From the NCBI GenBank assembly GCA_043821365.1, contig JBDRCX010000002.1, forward strand, positions 32,001 to 96,000: a stretch of DNA of 64,000 nt, given 5' to 3'. Every line of letters starts with the position of its first letter. Position 1 is the stretch's first letter. Under the pieces are notes generated by a model. That model was not told the origin of the DNA. It did not search any database and was given only the letters and a program-made list of their open reading frames with translations. The stretch comes from Candidatus Micrarchaeota archaeon (GTDB lineage Archaea; Micrarchaeota; Micrarchaeia; Anstonellales; Bilamarchaeaceae). This document shows, piece after piece, positions 36,707 to 47,402 of this stretch. A program made the translations under genes and the position numbers.

Positions 36707-37654
36707 TTATCCATTTCTTGGTGTTTTAAACCAAACTACTGGTCTGTTTAGTATTTCGTCAGCGAATCCAACAAAAAACAGAATTGGTATTACAATCCCA
36801 TAGATGCCTACTAAAATGGGACTCAAAATAACATCTTTAATTTGGCTTTTTGCGGTTATCTGTCCTACACTCAAAATAAATAACAAAAGTCCAAATAATA
36901 AAATTGAAACTACTGGTTGTAAAACTAAAGTTATTAGGATGAGTATGGAAATTACAGGTAAAAATGAGTATGCAATAGCTGTCAATAGGGGTATCCTATG
37001 TGTAAAAAGTACCTGAGCTAGCCCTCTCATCCACCGTTTTCTCTGCCTTAGTAAAACTGATAATTTTGATGGACTTTCTTGCCATGCTACTGCTTCGGAT
37101 ATGTACGTTACCTTTTTCCCTTTTTTTATCAATCTCAAAGACAAGTCCACATCCTCTGTTAATTTATCTTCACTGCAGGTTGCAAGTTCTTTTTTTATAA
37201 AATAATTCGTTCCGTGGAGCAGTGTTGGTATATTGAATTTTTGTAAAATTCCATCCATTAAAAATGTATAATTGTATTCTATACTTCCTATTCTTTCAAC
37301 TAATCCAGTTTCGTGAATTTTTATCCTACCATATGAAACGTCTGAGCGGGTTATCTCATCTACTAATTTTTCTATTGCATTTTTTTCTGGTCTGCTATCT
37401 GCATCATATATGCCAACAACATTCCCTTTGCACTTAAGTAGGCCAGTATTTACTGCACTGCCCTTTGTTTTACCATGACATACTATTGCAATTGCATTTT
37501 CCTTTGCTATAACTAGTCCTCCATCATCTGGAGGCAGCACTACGATCATCTCATGGCCTAATCTCTTTAACACCTGCAAAGTTGTCCACAGGATTTTTTC
37601 TTCATCCTTTGCAGGTATAATGATAGAAACGTTTACCTTACCGTCTTTCACCAT
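36707..37654 (-). CDS. Glycosyltransferase family 2 with C-terminal TM helices
   Basis: IIPAKDE, KGSAVN, YDAD, TED, QRKRW (D,D,D,QxxRW set). Confidence 0.88.
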   Translation of the reverse strand: MVKDGKVNVSIIIPAKDEEKILWTTLQVLKRLGHEMIVVLPPDDGGLVIAKENAIAIVCHGKTKGSAVNTGLLKCKGNVVGIYDADSRPEKNAIEKLVDEITRSDVSYGRIKIHETGLVERIGSIEYNYTFLMDGILQKFNIPTLLHGTNYFIKKELATCSEDKLTEDVDLSLRLIKKGKKVTYISEAVAWQESPSKLSVLLRQRKRWMRGLAQVLFTHRIPLLTAIAYSFLPVISILILITLVLQPVVSILLFGLLLFILSVGQITAKSQIKDVILSPILVGIYGIVIPILFFVGFADEILNRPVVWFKTPRNG

Positions 37655-40367
37655 AATTCTCCATGAATTTTTTGTATTCTTTTAGTATATCCTGCGTGAC
37701 TGATGGTCTTCTTGTTTTTATTATGTCAATAACCATCTTTGTTGAAACTTCCTGGGCATTTCCTTCGAGTTTTGAGCGCAATGCCTTCATTTTTACATTC
37801 TGGCAAATATCTGCAATGTCTGCACCACTGAATCCTGGTGTCATTTCAGCTAATAATTTTAAATCAACTTTATCAGCAAATTTCGAAAGATGAATTTTAA
37901 ACATTTCTGCTCTTCCACTAGCTTCTGGTGGTGGAATATAGAATATTTTATCAAATCTTCCTGGTCTCATAATTGCAGCATCCATCAAAGCTGGTTTGTT
38001 AGTTGCTGCAATAATCAAAACTCCCTTTTGGCCTTTTACGCCATCCATCTCGGTAAGGAACTGTCCTAATATTTCGGATGATCCTGTGATCCCTCTAGCA
38101 GGTGCAAATGTTTCTATTTCATCAACAAATATAATTCCAGGTGGATTTTCTCTTGCACGATTAAATGCTTCTTTTATTACATTAACTGCTTGTGTGTATC
38201 CTTTTTTCATAACCTCGGCAGCACTAAGAGACTGGAATGATGCCTTAAGTTCAGTTGCTGCTGCTCTTACTATCAAAGTTTTACCAGTACCAGGAGGGCC
38301 AAATAAAAGTATACCCTTACTTGGCTTGACTTTGAATTCTTTCATTTCAGCTTCATGCAAAAGAGGCAATTCTATTGCTTCAAGTAGGGCTTTTTTAATG
38401 TCCTCCATGCCAGCAACATCTGACCATTTTACTGCGCTTTCTTTTGCTGATTCTTCTTGTTTTCCTTTGTCTGCTCCAACTCTTCTTTCAAAGTCCAATC
38501 TGAATTGTTCATAACCATCCAGCTGTGCAAGTCCTGTACTCGGTTTTACTGCTTCAAGAACCTTGCGGAAGTGGTTCATTGACACTGGGACTATAACTCC
38601 TTTGTTAGTTGCTTCTCTTGCTGCCAGCCTCTCGGACTCTGTTACTATATTCTTCAGATCTGCACCTGAAAATCTCTCTGTTTTTTTGACTATATAGTCC
38701 ATATCAAGATCAGTTGGTCTAACCCCTTTTTTCATCTTTTTTATGTAAGTATTCACTATTGCTTTTCGTGCTTCAGGATCTGGAAGATGCATGTAGATTA
38801 TTTTATCTAATCTTCCTGGTCTCAAAAGTGCAGCATCTATTTCGTTTGGTAGGTTTGTTGCACCAATAACCATTACTGTTGCCTTGCTTTTTGTTCCCCC
38901 ATCAACTTCTTGCAATATGGTTGTAAGTACTCTGGGTCCAACAGTGTCTAAAGAATCTGCTCCTCTTTTCTTTGCAACACTATCTATTTCATCAAAGAAC
39001 AAAACAGTTGGTGCATTTTTTCTTGCATTTGAAAATATCTCAGCAACATTCTTCTCTGATTCTCCATACCATTGAGAAAGGATTTGTGAACATCTAACTT
39101 CTATGAAATTATATTTGAGCTCTTTTGCAAGTGCCCTCATAAGCATTGTTTTACCAGTACCTGGAGGACCAAATAAAAGAATACCTGCAGGTGGTTTTAT
39201 ACCATAGGCAAATGCAATCTCTTTCTTTTCAAGAGGCATAATGATGGCATCACGAAGTTCTTGTTTTACATCTTCATAGCCACCAACATCATCAAGTGAT
39301 TTTTCTCCAGAACTGTCTGACATGTCTGCCATGCCAAACTTCCCATATGATTTCATCTTTTCTTTTCTGTCAATTTCAGATTCTCTGCTAATATTAAGTC
39401 CAAAATGTTCAAGTGCACCGAGCGCTATCATTGCAGCAAAAACCCCACCTATAAATTCAAATCTAAACTGGGTACCATACATCATAGATGCAATGAAATT
39501 GATTGGTATCATTATTATCAATACAACTGATGCTATCAACTGGGATTTGCCCTTCATCTTTATTTTAGGCGGTAGCCATCCAATAAGATACAAAACAATT
39601 CCCCATCCAATTAGTTGCAAAATCATAGAATCTTTCAAAGCCAGGTCTACGATCCTCAATGCAATCAACCCAAGCGAATTACCCATTTTGCTCATGGTGC
39701 CGAAGTCAAGCAGCTTCCCAAATGAGCTTGCTGCTGTTGATCCAAGTGTTCCTATATCCACTGGTGGCTTGCTAAACTTCAGGTCTGCGTCTCCTGGTTG
39801 ATAATTATCCATGTTCAATGGCATATAAGCAGTATTGTTAATGCCCCATATCGAGGATAAAAGAAGTATGGCAACAACTGCAAAAAGAGAAACGGCAAGG
39901 CTTTTCTTTGAACCAAAAAACAATGCCCCCATGCTCATTCCTATTATTGTTATGTATCCGATTAGGGGGAATCCACTAAATGCAAAAGGGGCCATAATAA
40001 GTATTTCGAGGACAGCTATAACCATCCATTCTTCAAATACTTTGAAGAGAACAAGTACTATTACTAGTAAGTAAAACCATGCAAAAATGGTGGATTGATA
40101 AAGAACAGCAGGCAATCCAAAAATTACCCCAAGAATAACTCCTATTGCTGGTTTTTTGAAAGCAATAGCACCACACAATGCTGCAATTAGTAATACTACA
40201 TATATGGGGTAGAATGCGATTGTTGATAGCAGCATCAATACTCCAAAGAAAACGATGACTGCTGCCCACAATTCTTCACTTTGTTCTGCTTGTGCTACAT
40301 ATGCTGCTATTTTCTGTCCTGCCATGCTTTGATTGGCTTGTTGTATTTGTTGTGCAGGTGGTTGCAT
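37638..40367 (-). CDS. Polytopic membrane protein fused to two AAA+ domains (CDC48-like)
   Basis: About 330-aa multi-TM N-terminus; two GPPGTGKT; FFDEID and FVDEIE; RPGRLD and RPGRFD. Confidence 0.88.
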   Translation of the reverse strand: MQPPAQQIQQANQSMAGQKIAAYVAQAEQSEELWAAVIVFFGVLMLLSTIAFYPIYVVLLIAALCGAIAFKKPAIGVILGVIFGLPAVLYQSTIFAWFYLLVIVLVLFKVFEEWMVIAVLEILIMAPFAFSGFPLIGYITIIGMSMGALFFGSKKSLAVSLFAVVAILLLSSIWGINNTAYMPLNMDNYQPGDADLKFSKPPVDIGTLGSTAASSFGKLLDFGTMSKMGNSLGLIALRIVDLALKDSMILQLIGWGIVLYLIGWLPPKIKMKGKSQLIASVVLIIMIPINFIASMMYGTQFRFEFIGGVFAAMIALGALEHFGLNISRESEIDRKEKMKSYGKFGMADMSDSSGEKSLDDVGGYEDVKQELRDAIIMPLEKKEIAFAYGIKPPAGILLFGPPGTGKTMLMRALAKELKYNFIEVRCSQILSQWYGESEKNVAEIFSNARKNAPTVLFFDEIDSVAKKRGADSLDTVGPRVLTTILQEVDGGTKSKATVMVIGATNLPNEIDAALLRPGRLDKIIYMHLPDPEARKAIVNTYIKKMKKGVRPTDLDMDYIVKKTERFSGADLKNIVTESERLAAREATNKGVIVPVSMNHFRKVLEAVKPSTGLAQLDGYEQFRLDFERRVGADKGKQEESAKESAVKWSDVAGMEDIKKALLEAIELPLLHEAEMKEFKVKPSKGILLFGPPGTGKTLIVRAAATELKASFQSLSAAEVMKKGYTQAVNVIKEAFNRARENPPGIIFVDEIETFAPARGITGSSEILGQFLTEMDGVKGQKGVLIIAATNKPALMDAAIMRPGRFDKIFYIPPPEASGRAEMFKIHLSKFADKVDLKLLAEMTPGFSGADIADICQNVKMKALRSKLEGNAQEVSTKMVIDIIKTRRPSVTQDILKEYKKFMENYGERR

Positions 40368-40397
40368 GCTACTTTCTCTCTGCTTTCTTTTTTTAAT

Positions 40398-41444
40398 CTA
40401 ACGCAAAACCAACTTTAGCTTGTTTATTGCATTTGTCATGGTCTCTTCTGGTTGGTTTAGGCATATTCTGATGAAATTATCAATGCCAAATTCACTACCT
40501 GGTGCAACAACCACACCATTCTCCAATGCCATTTCAAGGAATTTATCAGAATTCTTAATATTGGGGTGCGTTGCGAATATGTAAATTCCACCATCTGGTT
40601 TTACGAATTCAAACCCTGCTCTCTGTAAAAGTGTTTGTGTTGTTTGCGATCTTGTTTCCCATATTTGTTTGTTTCTTTCGAGTATCTCATTTTCGTTTTC
40701 TAGGCATGCAATTCCAGCTTTTTGAGCAAATGGTGGGACACATGTTATTGTTATCTGATTGAATCTTGTGATTTTTTCAACTACTTCTTTTGGTGCAATT
40801 GCATATCCTATCCTCCAGCCTTCCATATTGAATTCTTTTGAGAACGATCTCAATCGTATTGCATTTTCATATATTGGAATTTCTTTGAATGCAAGCCCTT
40901 TGTATGCCTCGTCAATAATGACAATTGCTCCGACTTTGTTTGCTTTATTTATTGTCTCTTGAATAAGAGTATTATCATATTCTGTGCTAGTTGGATTAAG
41001 TGGATTACAGATAATCAAAACATCATCCTTAGTGAGTTTTGGAATTAGGAAAGACCACATATTCTTCATTGATGTCTCTATTGTTTTGAATTCTAAACCA
41101 AGTTGTTTACAGATTAATCTATAAGCTGGCCAGTATGGTTTTGGTGTAATGACTTGTTTTTTTCCCAATACTGAAAGAAGTGCAAACAAAAGTGCCTTTG
41201 ATCCTGGTCCAACAACTACATTTTCTCTTTTGCATTTTTCCCGTTCTGCTATCTTATCTCTGAATTCATTTGTTCCAGCTGATGACACATACTGTGCTTT
41301 TGCCTTTTTCATGCTTTCAATTGCTGCGTTAGTTGCACATTCTGGGGTTGGTAAATTTGTATCTCCAATGTTTAGGCGAATGATCTTTTTCCCTGCTTTT
41401 TCCATTGCAAGAGCCTTTTCAGCAAGTTCATAGAATCCAACCAT
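40398..41444 (-). CDS. PLP-dependent class I/II aminotransferase (probable aromatic aminotransferase)
   Basis: LNIGD, NPLNP, DEAY, SFSKEFNMEGWRIGY; last gene of the aro operon. Confidence 0.85.
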   Translation of the reverse strand: MVGFYELAEKALAMEKAGKKIIRLNIGDTNLPTPECATNAAIESMKKAKAQYVSSAGTNEFRDKIAEREKCKRENVVVGPGSKALLFALLSVLGKKQVITPKPYWPAYRLICKQLGLEFKTIETSMKNMWSFLIPKLTKDDVLIICNPLNPTSTEYDNTLIQETINKANKVGAIVIIDEAYKGLAFKEIPIYENAIRLRSFSKEFNMEGWRIGYAIAPKEVVEKITRFNQITITCVPPFAQKAGIACLENENEILERNKQIWETRSQTTQTLLQRAGFEFVKPDGGIYIFATHPNIKNSDKFLEMALENGVVVAPGSEFGIDNFIRICLNQPEETMTNAINKLKLVLR

Positions 41445-41448
41445 ACCA

Positions 41449-42222
41449 TCACCCTATATTCTCCCTTAATTTGTTGAAAAATTTCTTTGCTTCTTCGTAG
41501 TCTCTTGCTTTTATCACGTGTTTCAAAAATTCAAGTCTTGCTGTCACATGTTCTAGTTGCGTGAGTGAATATTTATTAAATAAAATTTCAGCAAGTAAAT
41601 TATCCTCTTCAGATAAAAGTCCTTTAGCGAGCAGTCGATGCTTTTTGAATGTTGTCCCTGGCACTGCTTTGGCATCCATACATGCAGCAAATACCATGGT
41701 TGATGCAAATGGCAATGTGAGAGAATATGCCATCATCTCATCATGCTCTTTGAAGGTATAATGGAAAATATTTATCTCCAGTTTCTTTGCAAGATCTTCA
41801 AAGAATTTTGCACCTTCTTGATCTGATTCTTTTATTATGGCCATGTTTTCATTTGAAAGTGCTTCAACATTTGCAAATGTTGGTCCGAACATTGGGTGAA
41901 CAGAAACAAATTTGTGTTTGCATCTCTGATAATATTCTAGTAATTCACCTTTAATCGATGCAACATCACAAATCATACATTTTTTGTCCAAGTGTTTCTC
42001 TATTTCTTGAAAAACTGATATTGTGTTCTCTAAACTTACTGCATTTATGAGTAAATCTGGTGCAGAAGTTTTTAATTCATCCAAACCAGCTAAGACCCTG
42101 CCAATTCCAACTCCGTCTGCTTTTTTTCTATTCCTATCATATAACAAAATCTCGTTATCTCTGGCAAGTTCTTTGGCAAGCCAACTTCCCATTTTTCCAG
42201 TACCTATAATCGCAATCTTCAT
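41449..42222 (-). CDS. tyrA: Prephenate dehydrogenase
   Basis: MKIAIIGTGKMG, DVASIK, HPMFGP, EHDEMMAY. Confidence 0.9.
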   Translation of the reverse strand: MKIAIIGTGKMGSWLAKELARDNEILLYDRNRKKADGVGIGRVLAGLDELKTSAPDLLINAVSLENTISVFQEIEKHLDKKCMICDVASIKGELLEYYQRCKHKFVSVHPMFGPTFANVEALSNENMAIIKESDQEGAKFFEDLAKKLEINIFHYTFKEHDEMMAYSLTLPFASTMVFAACMDAKAVPGTTFKKHRLLAKGLLSEEDNLLAEILFNKYSLTQLEHVTARLEFLKHVIKARDYEEAKKFFNKLRENIG

Positions 42223-43274
42223 TTTCCTCCCTCTTTGTAACATCCTAAAAATTTGAACATGGCAGTTTCTTTCTTTACTTTTTCTAATGCGTCCACCACT
42301 TTTCCATCTTGGTCAGATCCTTGGAAATCAAGAAGAAATCCAAACTTTCCAGGATCTTTAACTATTGGTCTTGATTCTATCCTTGTCAAGTTGATGCCAG
42401 TATCAGAGAATATTTTTAAAACTCCAAATAATGCACCGGATTTATGTGCAGTTGAAAAAACAATCGAGCATTTATCTCCTTTTTCCTGGCTCTTTTCTCT
42501 TGATAGAACAACAAACCTAGTAAGATTTGATTCATGATCCTCTATGTTCTCTTTGAGAACCTCAAGTCCATATATATCTGCACAAAGCTTGCTTGCAATG
42601 GCAGCAGCTGCAGCTGGCCTTTCGTTGGAAATCATCATCGCAGCTCCAGCCGTATCATAGTATGGCCTTGCTTCAAGTTTATTTCTTGCAATAAATCCTC
42701 TGCACTGAGACAATGCCTGTGGGTGTGAATAAATAACTTTTATGTCTCGATGATCTGTTTCTGGTATAGTAAGCAAACAATGGTGAATTGGAACTTTTAT
42801 TTCCCCGACAATTTTTAGTCCTGTCTCAACAAGAAGGTCATTCACCTGGGTGACTGATCCGCCCAATGAATTTTCAACAGGCACTATGCCAAAGTCGAAC
42901 TGACCATTTTCTACACCGTTAAAGACTTCCCCAAATTCATTGCAAGGTATTGGTACCCATGATTTGTTCAATGCCCTAACAGCAACTTCACTATAGGCCC
43001 CATGCTCCCCTTGAAAACCAACTAACCGTGGGTCCTGTTCTTGCAGAAGTTTTGATTCTCCAAGTATTTCACTATAAACCTTTTCACTAAATTCTGGTCT
43101 TATCAATCCACGTTGCGTTTTCACTTTCTTCATTATTTCAGTTTCCCTTACTGGGTCAGGAACTTCTTGTTTCAATTTCTTTGTCCTAAGTGCAAACTCC
43201 ATCCTTTTGTTGAGCAATTTAAGTATTTCAGAATCTATCAAATCTATTCTTTTACGTAATTCATTCAATTCCAT
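42219..43274 (-). CDS. pheA: Chorismate mutase / prephenate dehydratase (P-protein, with ACT domain)
   Basis: From MELNELRKRIDLID; PVENSLGG, SHPQALSQC, NLTRF, NLTRIESRP. Confidence 0.93.
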   Translation of the reverse strand: MELNELRKRIDLIDSEILKLLNKRMEFALRTKKLKQEVPDPVRETEIMKKVKTQRGLIRPEFSEKVYSEILGESKLLQEQDPRLVGFQGEHGAYSEVAVRALNKSWVPIPCNEFGEVFNGVENGQFDFGIVPVENSLGGSVTQVNDLLVETGLKIVGEIKVPIHHCLLTIPETDHRDIKVIYSHPQALSQCRGFIARNKLEARPYYDTAGAAMMISNERPAAAAAIASKLCADIYGLEVLKENIEDHESNLTRFVVLSREKSQEKGDKCSIVFSTAHKSGALFGVLKIFSDTGINLTRIESRPIVKDPGKFGFLLDFQGSDQDGKVVDALEKVKKETAMFKFLGCYKEGGK

Positions 43275-43275
43275 T

Positions 43276-44271
43276 CTAATCCCTCCAAATTCTTGGTATT
43301 TTTTGCTCCAAGAGCATAAGGTCAGCAAATACGATTGCAGCTACAGCTTCAACAACAACCGGAATTCGTAATGCTATACATGAATCGTGCCTTCCTTCTA
43401 CGCGTATCTCTGTATTCTTATTTGTCTTTAGATCAATAGTTTTGCCTTCTTTTCCTATGCTTGAAGTTGGTTTTACAACAACTCTAAAGACGATTTCGTT
43501 TCCATTTGTTAATCCCCCATTTATACCGCCTGCGTTGTTTGTTGTTGTTTTTCCATTTCTATCAATAATAGCATCATTACATTCGCTTCCTTTCATCTTT
43601 GCACTAGCAAAACCAGAACCAAACTCAATTCCTTTGATTGCAGGTATCGAGAAGATGATGTGGCTGATCAATGATTCAACAGAATCAAAAAATGGTTCAC
43701 CAAGTCCAATAGGAACTTCATCTATTTTACATTCAACTATTCCGCCTATTGAATCTCCCTCACTAATTGCAGTTTCTACATTCTTTTCTATATCGTTACT
43801 TCCGCCTACTTCTGTTAATTTCGCTTCAATTTTTGATGGTGCAACAAGTTTTTTTGCAACAACTCCAGCAGCAACAAGTCCAGTAGTTAAACGTCCTGAG
43901 AAATGCCCTCCTCCTCTGTAATCATTAAATCCATGGAATTTCTGAAATGCAACAAAGTCTGCGTGTCCGGGTCTTGGTGTATTCTTTATTTTTTCATAAG
44001 AAGAAGAATCCACATTTTTATTTTCGAATTCAATGACTATTGGTGCACCAGTTGTTTTCCCATTAAATACTCCACTCTTTATCTTTGGTGAATCACTTTC
44101 TTTTCTCGGTGTGGTTCCTTTTTTACCAGCTTTTCTTCTTTCCAAATCAAATTCCAATTCATTCTCCTCTAGTGGCAATCCTGCTGGGCATCCCTCAATG
44201 ACTACCCCAACTATTTGACCATGTGATTCTCCAAACATAGTTACTCTAAATAATCTTCCAAATGTGTTCAT
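43276..44271 (-). CDS. aroC: Chorismate synthase
   Basis: FGESHG, RPGHAD, GGGHFSGR, KPTSS, GRHDSC. Confidence 0.95.
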   Translation of the reverse strand: MNTFGRLFRVTMFGESHGQIVGVVIEGCPAGLPLEENELEFDLERRKAGKKGTTPRKESDSPKIKSGVFNGKTTGAPIVIEFENKNVDSSSYEKIKNTPRPGHADFVAFQKFHGFNDYRGGGHFSGRLTTGLVAAGVVAKKLVAPSKIEAKLTEVGGSNDIEKNVETAISEGDSIGGIVECKIDEVPIGLGEPFFDSVESLISHIIFSIPAIKGIEFGSGFASAKMKGSECNDAIIDRNGKTTTNNAGGINGGLTNGNEIVFRVVVKPTSSIGKEGKTIDLKTNKNTEIRVEGRHDSCIALRIPVVVEAVAAIVFADLMLLEQKIPRIWRD

Positions 44272-45503
44272 GCTCTCAACCTCTTCAAGTCTTCAAAAAA
44301 TTTAGGGTAGGATTTTGATACGCATTCGTGGTTTTTTATTTCAACACCAGTTTCAGAGTTTAGTGCTGCTATTGCTCCTGCCATTGCGATCCTATGGTCC
44401 CCGTGGGAATCGATGATCCCACCTTTTAGCTTCCCACCTACTATTTCCATTCTATCATCAATAATCTTTATGTTGGCTCCAATTTTTGTAAACTCATCTA
44501 GAAGTGCGGTTGCTCTATTGCTTTCTTTGTGCAATAATCTGCCAACACCGCTAATAACACTTTTACCTTTACAATTGCATGCTAATGCAACAAGTGGTGG
44601 AAATAGATCTGGTGAATTTGTTGCATCAAATTCAAATGCTTGGAGTTCTGATCTTGAAACAGAAACTGAATTTTTACTTAATTTAATATTTGCCCATGTC
44701 TTCACTAAAACTGACAATATCTCTTGGTCAGGTTGATCACTATCTGTTAATTCTTCTAATCCTACTTCGCCTGCAATTGCCCCTGCAACAAGCATAAAAG
44801 CTGCCCCAGACCAATCACCTTCAATTGTTATCTCTCTGCCTTTGTAAGCTTGGTTCCCATCAACTTCAAGCATTGTCATTCCTTCATCTAATCTGACACT
44901 ACCACCAAACGAAGAAACAACTGATTTAGTCATTGTTACATATGATTTACTTTTCAAATTTACTATCTTGACTACAGAATCATTTCTACACATTGGCAAT
45001 GCAATTAACAATCCACTTACAAATTGCGAACTTACACTACCGTCTACTGTTATTTCTCCGCCTTTTATCGGTCCTTTTACTGTTATTGGTGGTTTTTTGT
45101 TGTTAGTGCTAACCTCTGCGCCCATATCCCTTAATGGTTTTTCTATCATATCAACTGGTCTGTTTAGCAAAGAACTCTTTCCAGTTATTGATATTTTTTT
45201 ATTGAAGAGAGCTGCAATTGGTGTGAACATCCTCATGCAAAACCCTGATTCATTGCAATTTAATGTATCTGATACTGGTCCATTCTCACTACCGATTATT
45301 TCAACAAAGTCATTGTTGACAACTACTCTTGCACCTAATGCTTTTACTATTTCAATTGCTGCAAGTGAATCATCACAAAAAGAAGGATTTGCTATTGTTG
45401 ATGTGCCTTTAGCTAATGCTGCTATTGCAACAGCGCGTTGCATCATGCTTTTTGATGGTGGTGCTTTTATTTTACCAGCAACACTACCAGGCGTTATCTT
45501 CAT
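44268..45503 (-). CDS. aroA: EPSP synthase
   Basis: PPSKS, NESG, SSQFVSG, KESNR, DHRIAM, KSYPKFF. Confidence 0.95.
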   Translation of the reverse strand: MKITPGSVAGKIKAPPSKSMMQRAVAIAALAKGTSTIANPSFCDDSLAAIEIVKALGARVVVNNDFVEIIGSENGPVSDTLNCNESGFCMRMFTPIAALFNKKISITGKSSLLNRPVDMIEKPLRDMGAEVSTNNKKPPITVKGPIKGGEITVDGSVSSQFVSGLLIALPMCRNDSVVKIVNLKSKSYVTMTKSVVSSFGGSVRLDEGMTMLEVDGNQAYKGREITIEGDWSGAAFMLVAGAIAGEVGLEELTDSDQPDQEILSVLVKTWANIKLSKNSVSVSRSELQAFEFDATNSPDLFPPLVALACNCKGKSVISGVGRLLHKESNRATALLDEFTKIGANIKIIDDRMEIVGGKLKGGIIDSHGDHRIAMAGAIAALNSETGVEIKNHECVSKSYPKFFEDLKRLRA

Positions 45504-46767
45504 TTAGAATCCTCTCGGTTATTTGTTTTGGTATTCTGCCATCAGTTATTATTATGGCATCAGCTGTTTTTGCGTAAAGTGCCTTTCTTTTTTCAAGTAT
45601 CTGCTTTATTACTTCGCTGCGTTCATCAACATTAAGCAATGGTCTTTCCTTTCCCTGAACTCGTTTTTCTATTGTCTCAGGTGTTGCCCACAACCAAAAA
45701 ACAACTGCATTCTGTTTGATTATTTCTATGTTTTCTTGGTTCAGTACAACGCCGCCTCCACATGCAACTATTTTGTCTTTTATGTTGGCTAATTTTCTGA
45801 TCTGTGCTATTTCCATCTCTCTGAACTTGTCTTCTCCGTACTCCTGAAATATTGCACTTATCTTTTGTTCGTGCTGTGTTTCTATCTCATGATCACTATC
45901 AAAGATTCCTTTTCCTGTTCTCTCTGCCAATTCTATTGCGTTGGCTGTTTTTCCACTTCCCATCATTCCTACAAGTGCAATGTTAGTTGGTTTTGTTGTC
46001 TTCTGATCAATTACTGTTCTTATCATTTCAAAAGGTACTTTCCTCCCTGTGAATAATTCGAATACTTTTACTCCATGGTGGGCAAGCCATTCCTTTCCAT
46101 CTATTGTTTTACAGCCAACCTCTTTTCCATCTTTAATTAGTTGTGTTTCTTTCGCATAATTGGCATCAATAATTATCATTTCTTTTTTCAAAAGTTCTTT
46201 TGGTACAACTCTTTCATATGTGCTCAATGCAGAAATTAGAATGCAATTAGGTTCTAATTGTTTTTCTAATTCAGAAAGAGGAGAATATTCACATCCAAAT
46301 ATGTTTGCAATTTCCTTTGCTTTTTCAACAGTTCTGTTTACAACTGTGACTTTCATTCCTAAAGAAACAACTGCTGCAATGGCTGCTTTTGCAGCACCCC
46401 CTGCACCAAGCACAACTATCCTCTTATTATCAGTATCTTCTGCAGATAAAATTCCCACAACTCCGTCCACGTCTGTATTCATTCCAATTGTCTTTTCATT
46501 ATCAAACAATATTGTGTTCACCGCACCAAGTTTTTTTGCAACTGGATCAAGTTCGACTATTTTGGCCATTTCCTCTTTGAAAGGAGTTGTTATATTCAGT
46601 GCTTTGATTCCAATGGCCTTTGCAGTTTCAAGAGCTTCTTCAGCATTTTCTGCAGCTAAGCGTGTATAAACTGCATCAACTCCAAGTTCCTGAAACACAG
46701 AGTTCATCATCTGCGGGCTTCTACTATGTAATATTGGTTTTCCAACAACAGCAAAAATATCAGTCAT
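45484..46767 (-). CDS. aroE: Shikimate dehydrogenase fused to P-loop shikimate kinase (AroE-AroK)
   Basis: From MTDIFAVVGKPILHSRSP; NITTPFKE, NTD, GAGGAA; then GMMGSGKT, FREME, CGGGVV, RPLL. Confidence 0.9.
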   Translation of the reverse strand: MTDIFAVVGKPILHSRSPQMMNSVFQELGVDAVYTRLAAENAEEALETAKAIGIKALNITTPFKEEMAKIVELDPVAKKLGAVNTILFDNEKTIGMNTDVDGVVGILSAEDTDNKRIVVLGAGGAAKAAIAAVVSLGMKVTVVNRTVEKAKEIANIFGCEYSPLSELEKQLEPNCILISALSTYERVVPKELLKKEMIIIDANYAKETQLIKDGKEVGCKTIDGKEWLAHHGVKVFELFTGRKVPFEMIRTVIDQKTTKPTNIALVGMMGSGKTANAIELAERTGKGIFDSDHEIETQHEQKISAIFQEYGEDKFREMEIAQIRKLANIKDKIVACGGGVVLNQENIEIIKQNAVVFWLWATPETIEKRVQGKERPLLNVDERSEVIKQILEKRKALYAKTADAIIITDGRIPKQITERILNEDNAW

Positions 46768-47402
46768 TCTATCCCTAATTTCCCAAGAATCTCTTGGATT
46801 TCTGATTTTGTCATCTGCCCTTCTGCAGTTTCTTTTCCTTTTTCCAAACATGCAAATGTAAATGGGCTTCCTAAAATCGGTGCAACTATTCTTGTTATTT
46901 TTCCTTTCCCTCCCATCCCTATGACTATTATTTTTTTCTCACTATCTATCAACCCCAAAAGCCTTGCATTGTCTCTATTGGTATTCACCAAACAAGCTAT
47001 TTTTGCAATGTCTGCACCTGATTGAAAGCACCAATTCACTATTTGAGATAGTTCTGCTTCTGAAGGTGTTTTTTTGTAGTCATGGTAGGAAACTATAACT
47101 TTGCAATTTTTTGCCTTTGCCATATTTATGATTTCTTTTTTGTATTCATCACTAGCATCAACTTCAATATCAACAAAAGAAGCCCCGAAATTTATTGCGT
47201 TCAATAATATCCTCTTTCTTTCAGCGTCAGTGAGATTTTCAGGTCTGCATGTTGCAATTAGTTTTATTTTTTGTGAAAAAATCTCCTTTATGGTCTGACT
47301 GTCATTTGGAGTCTTGTCTAGTCTTATTTCTGCTAATTCAAGACCTTGGAGCACATTTATGCATTTTTCCAAATCAGGTTCAGCAATACTAACACAAATC
47401 AT
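46764..47402 (-). CDS. aroD: 3-dehydroquinate dehydratase type I
   Basis: AEIRLD, IATCR, VDIE, SYHDY, IAKIA, IGMG. Confidence 0.88.
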   Translation of the reverse strand: MICVSIAEPDLEKCINVLQGLELAEIRLDKTPNDSQTIKEIFSQKIKLIATCRPENLTDAERKRILLNAINFGASFVDIEVDASDEYKKEIINMAKAKNCKVIVSYHDYKKTPSEAELSQIVNWCFQSGADIAKIACLVNTNRDNARLLGLIDSEKKIIVIGMGGKGKITRIVAPILGSPFTFACLEKGKETAEGQMTKSEIQEILGKLGIE

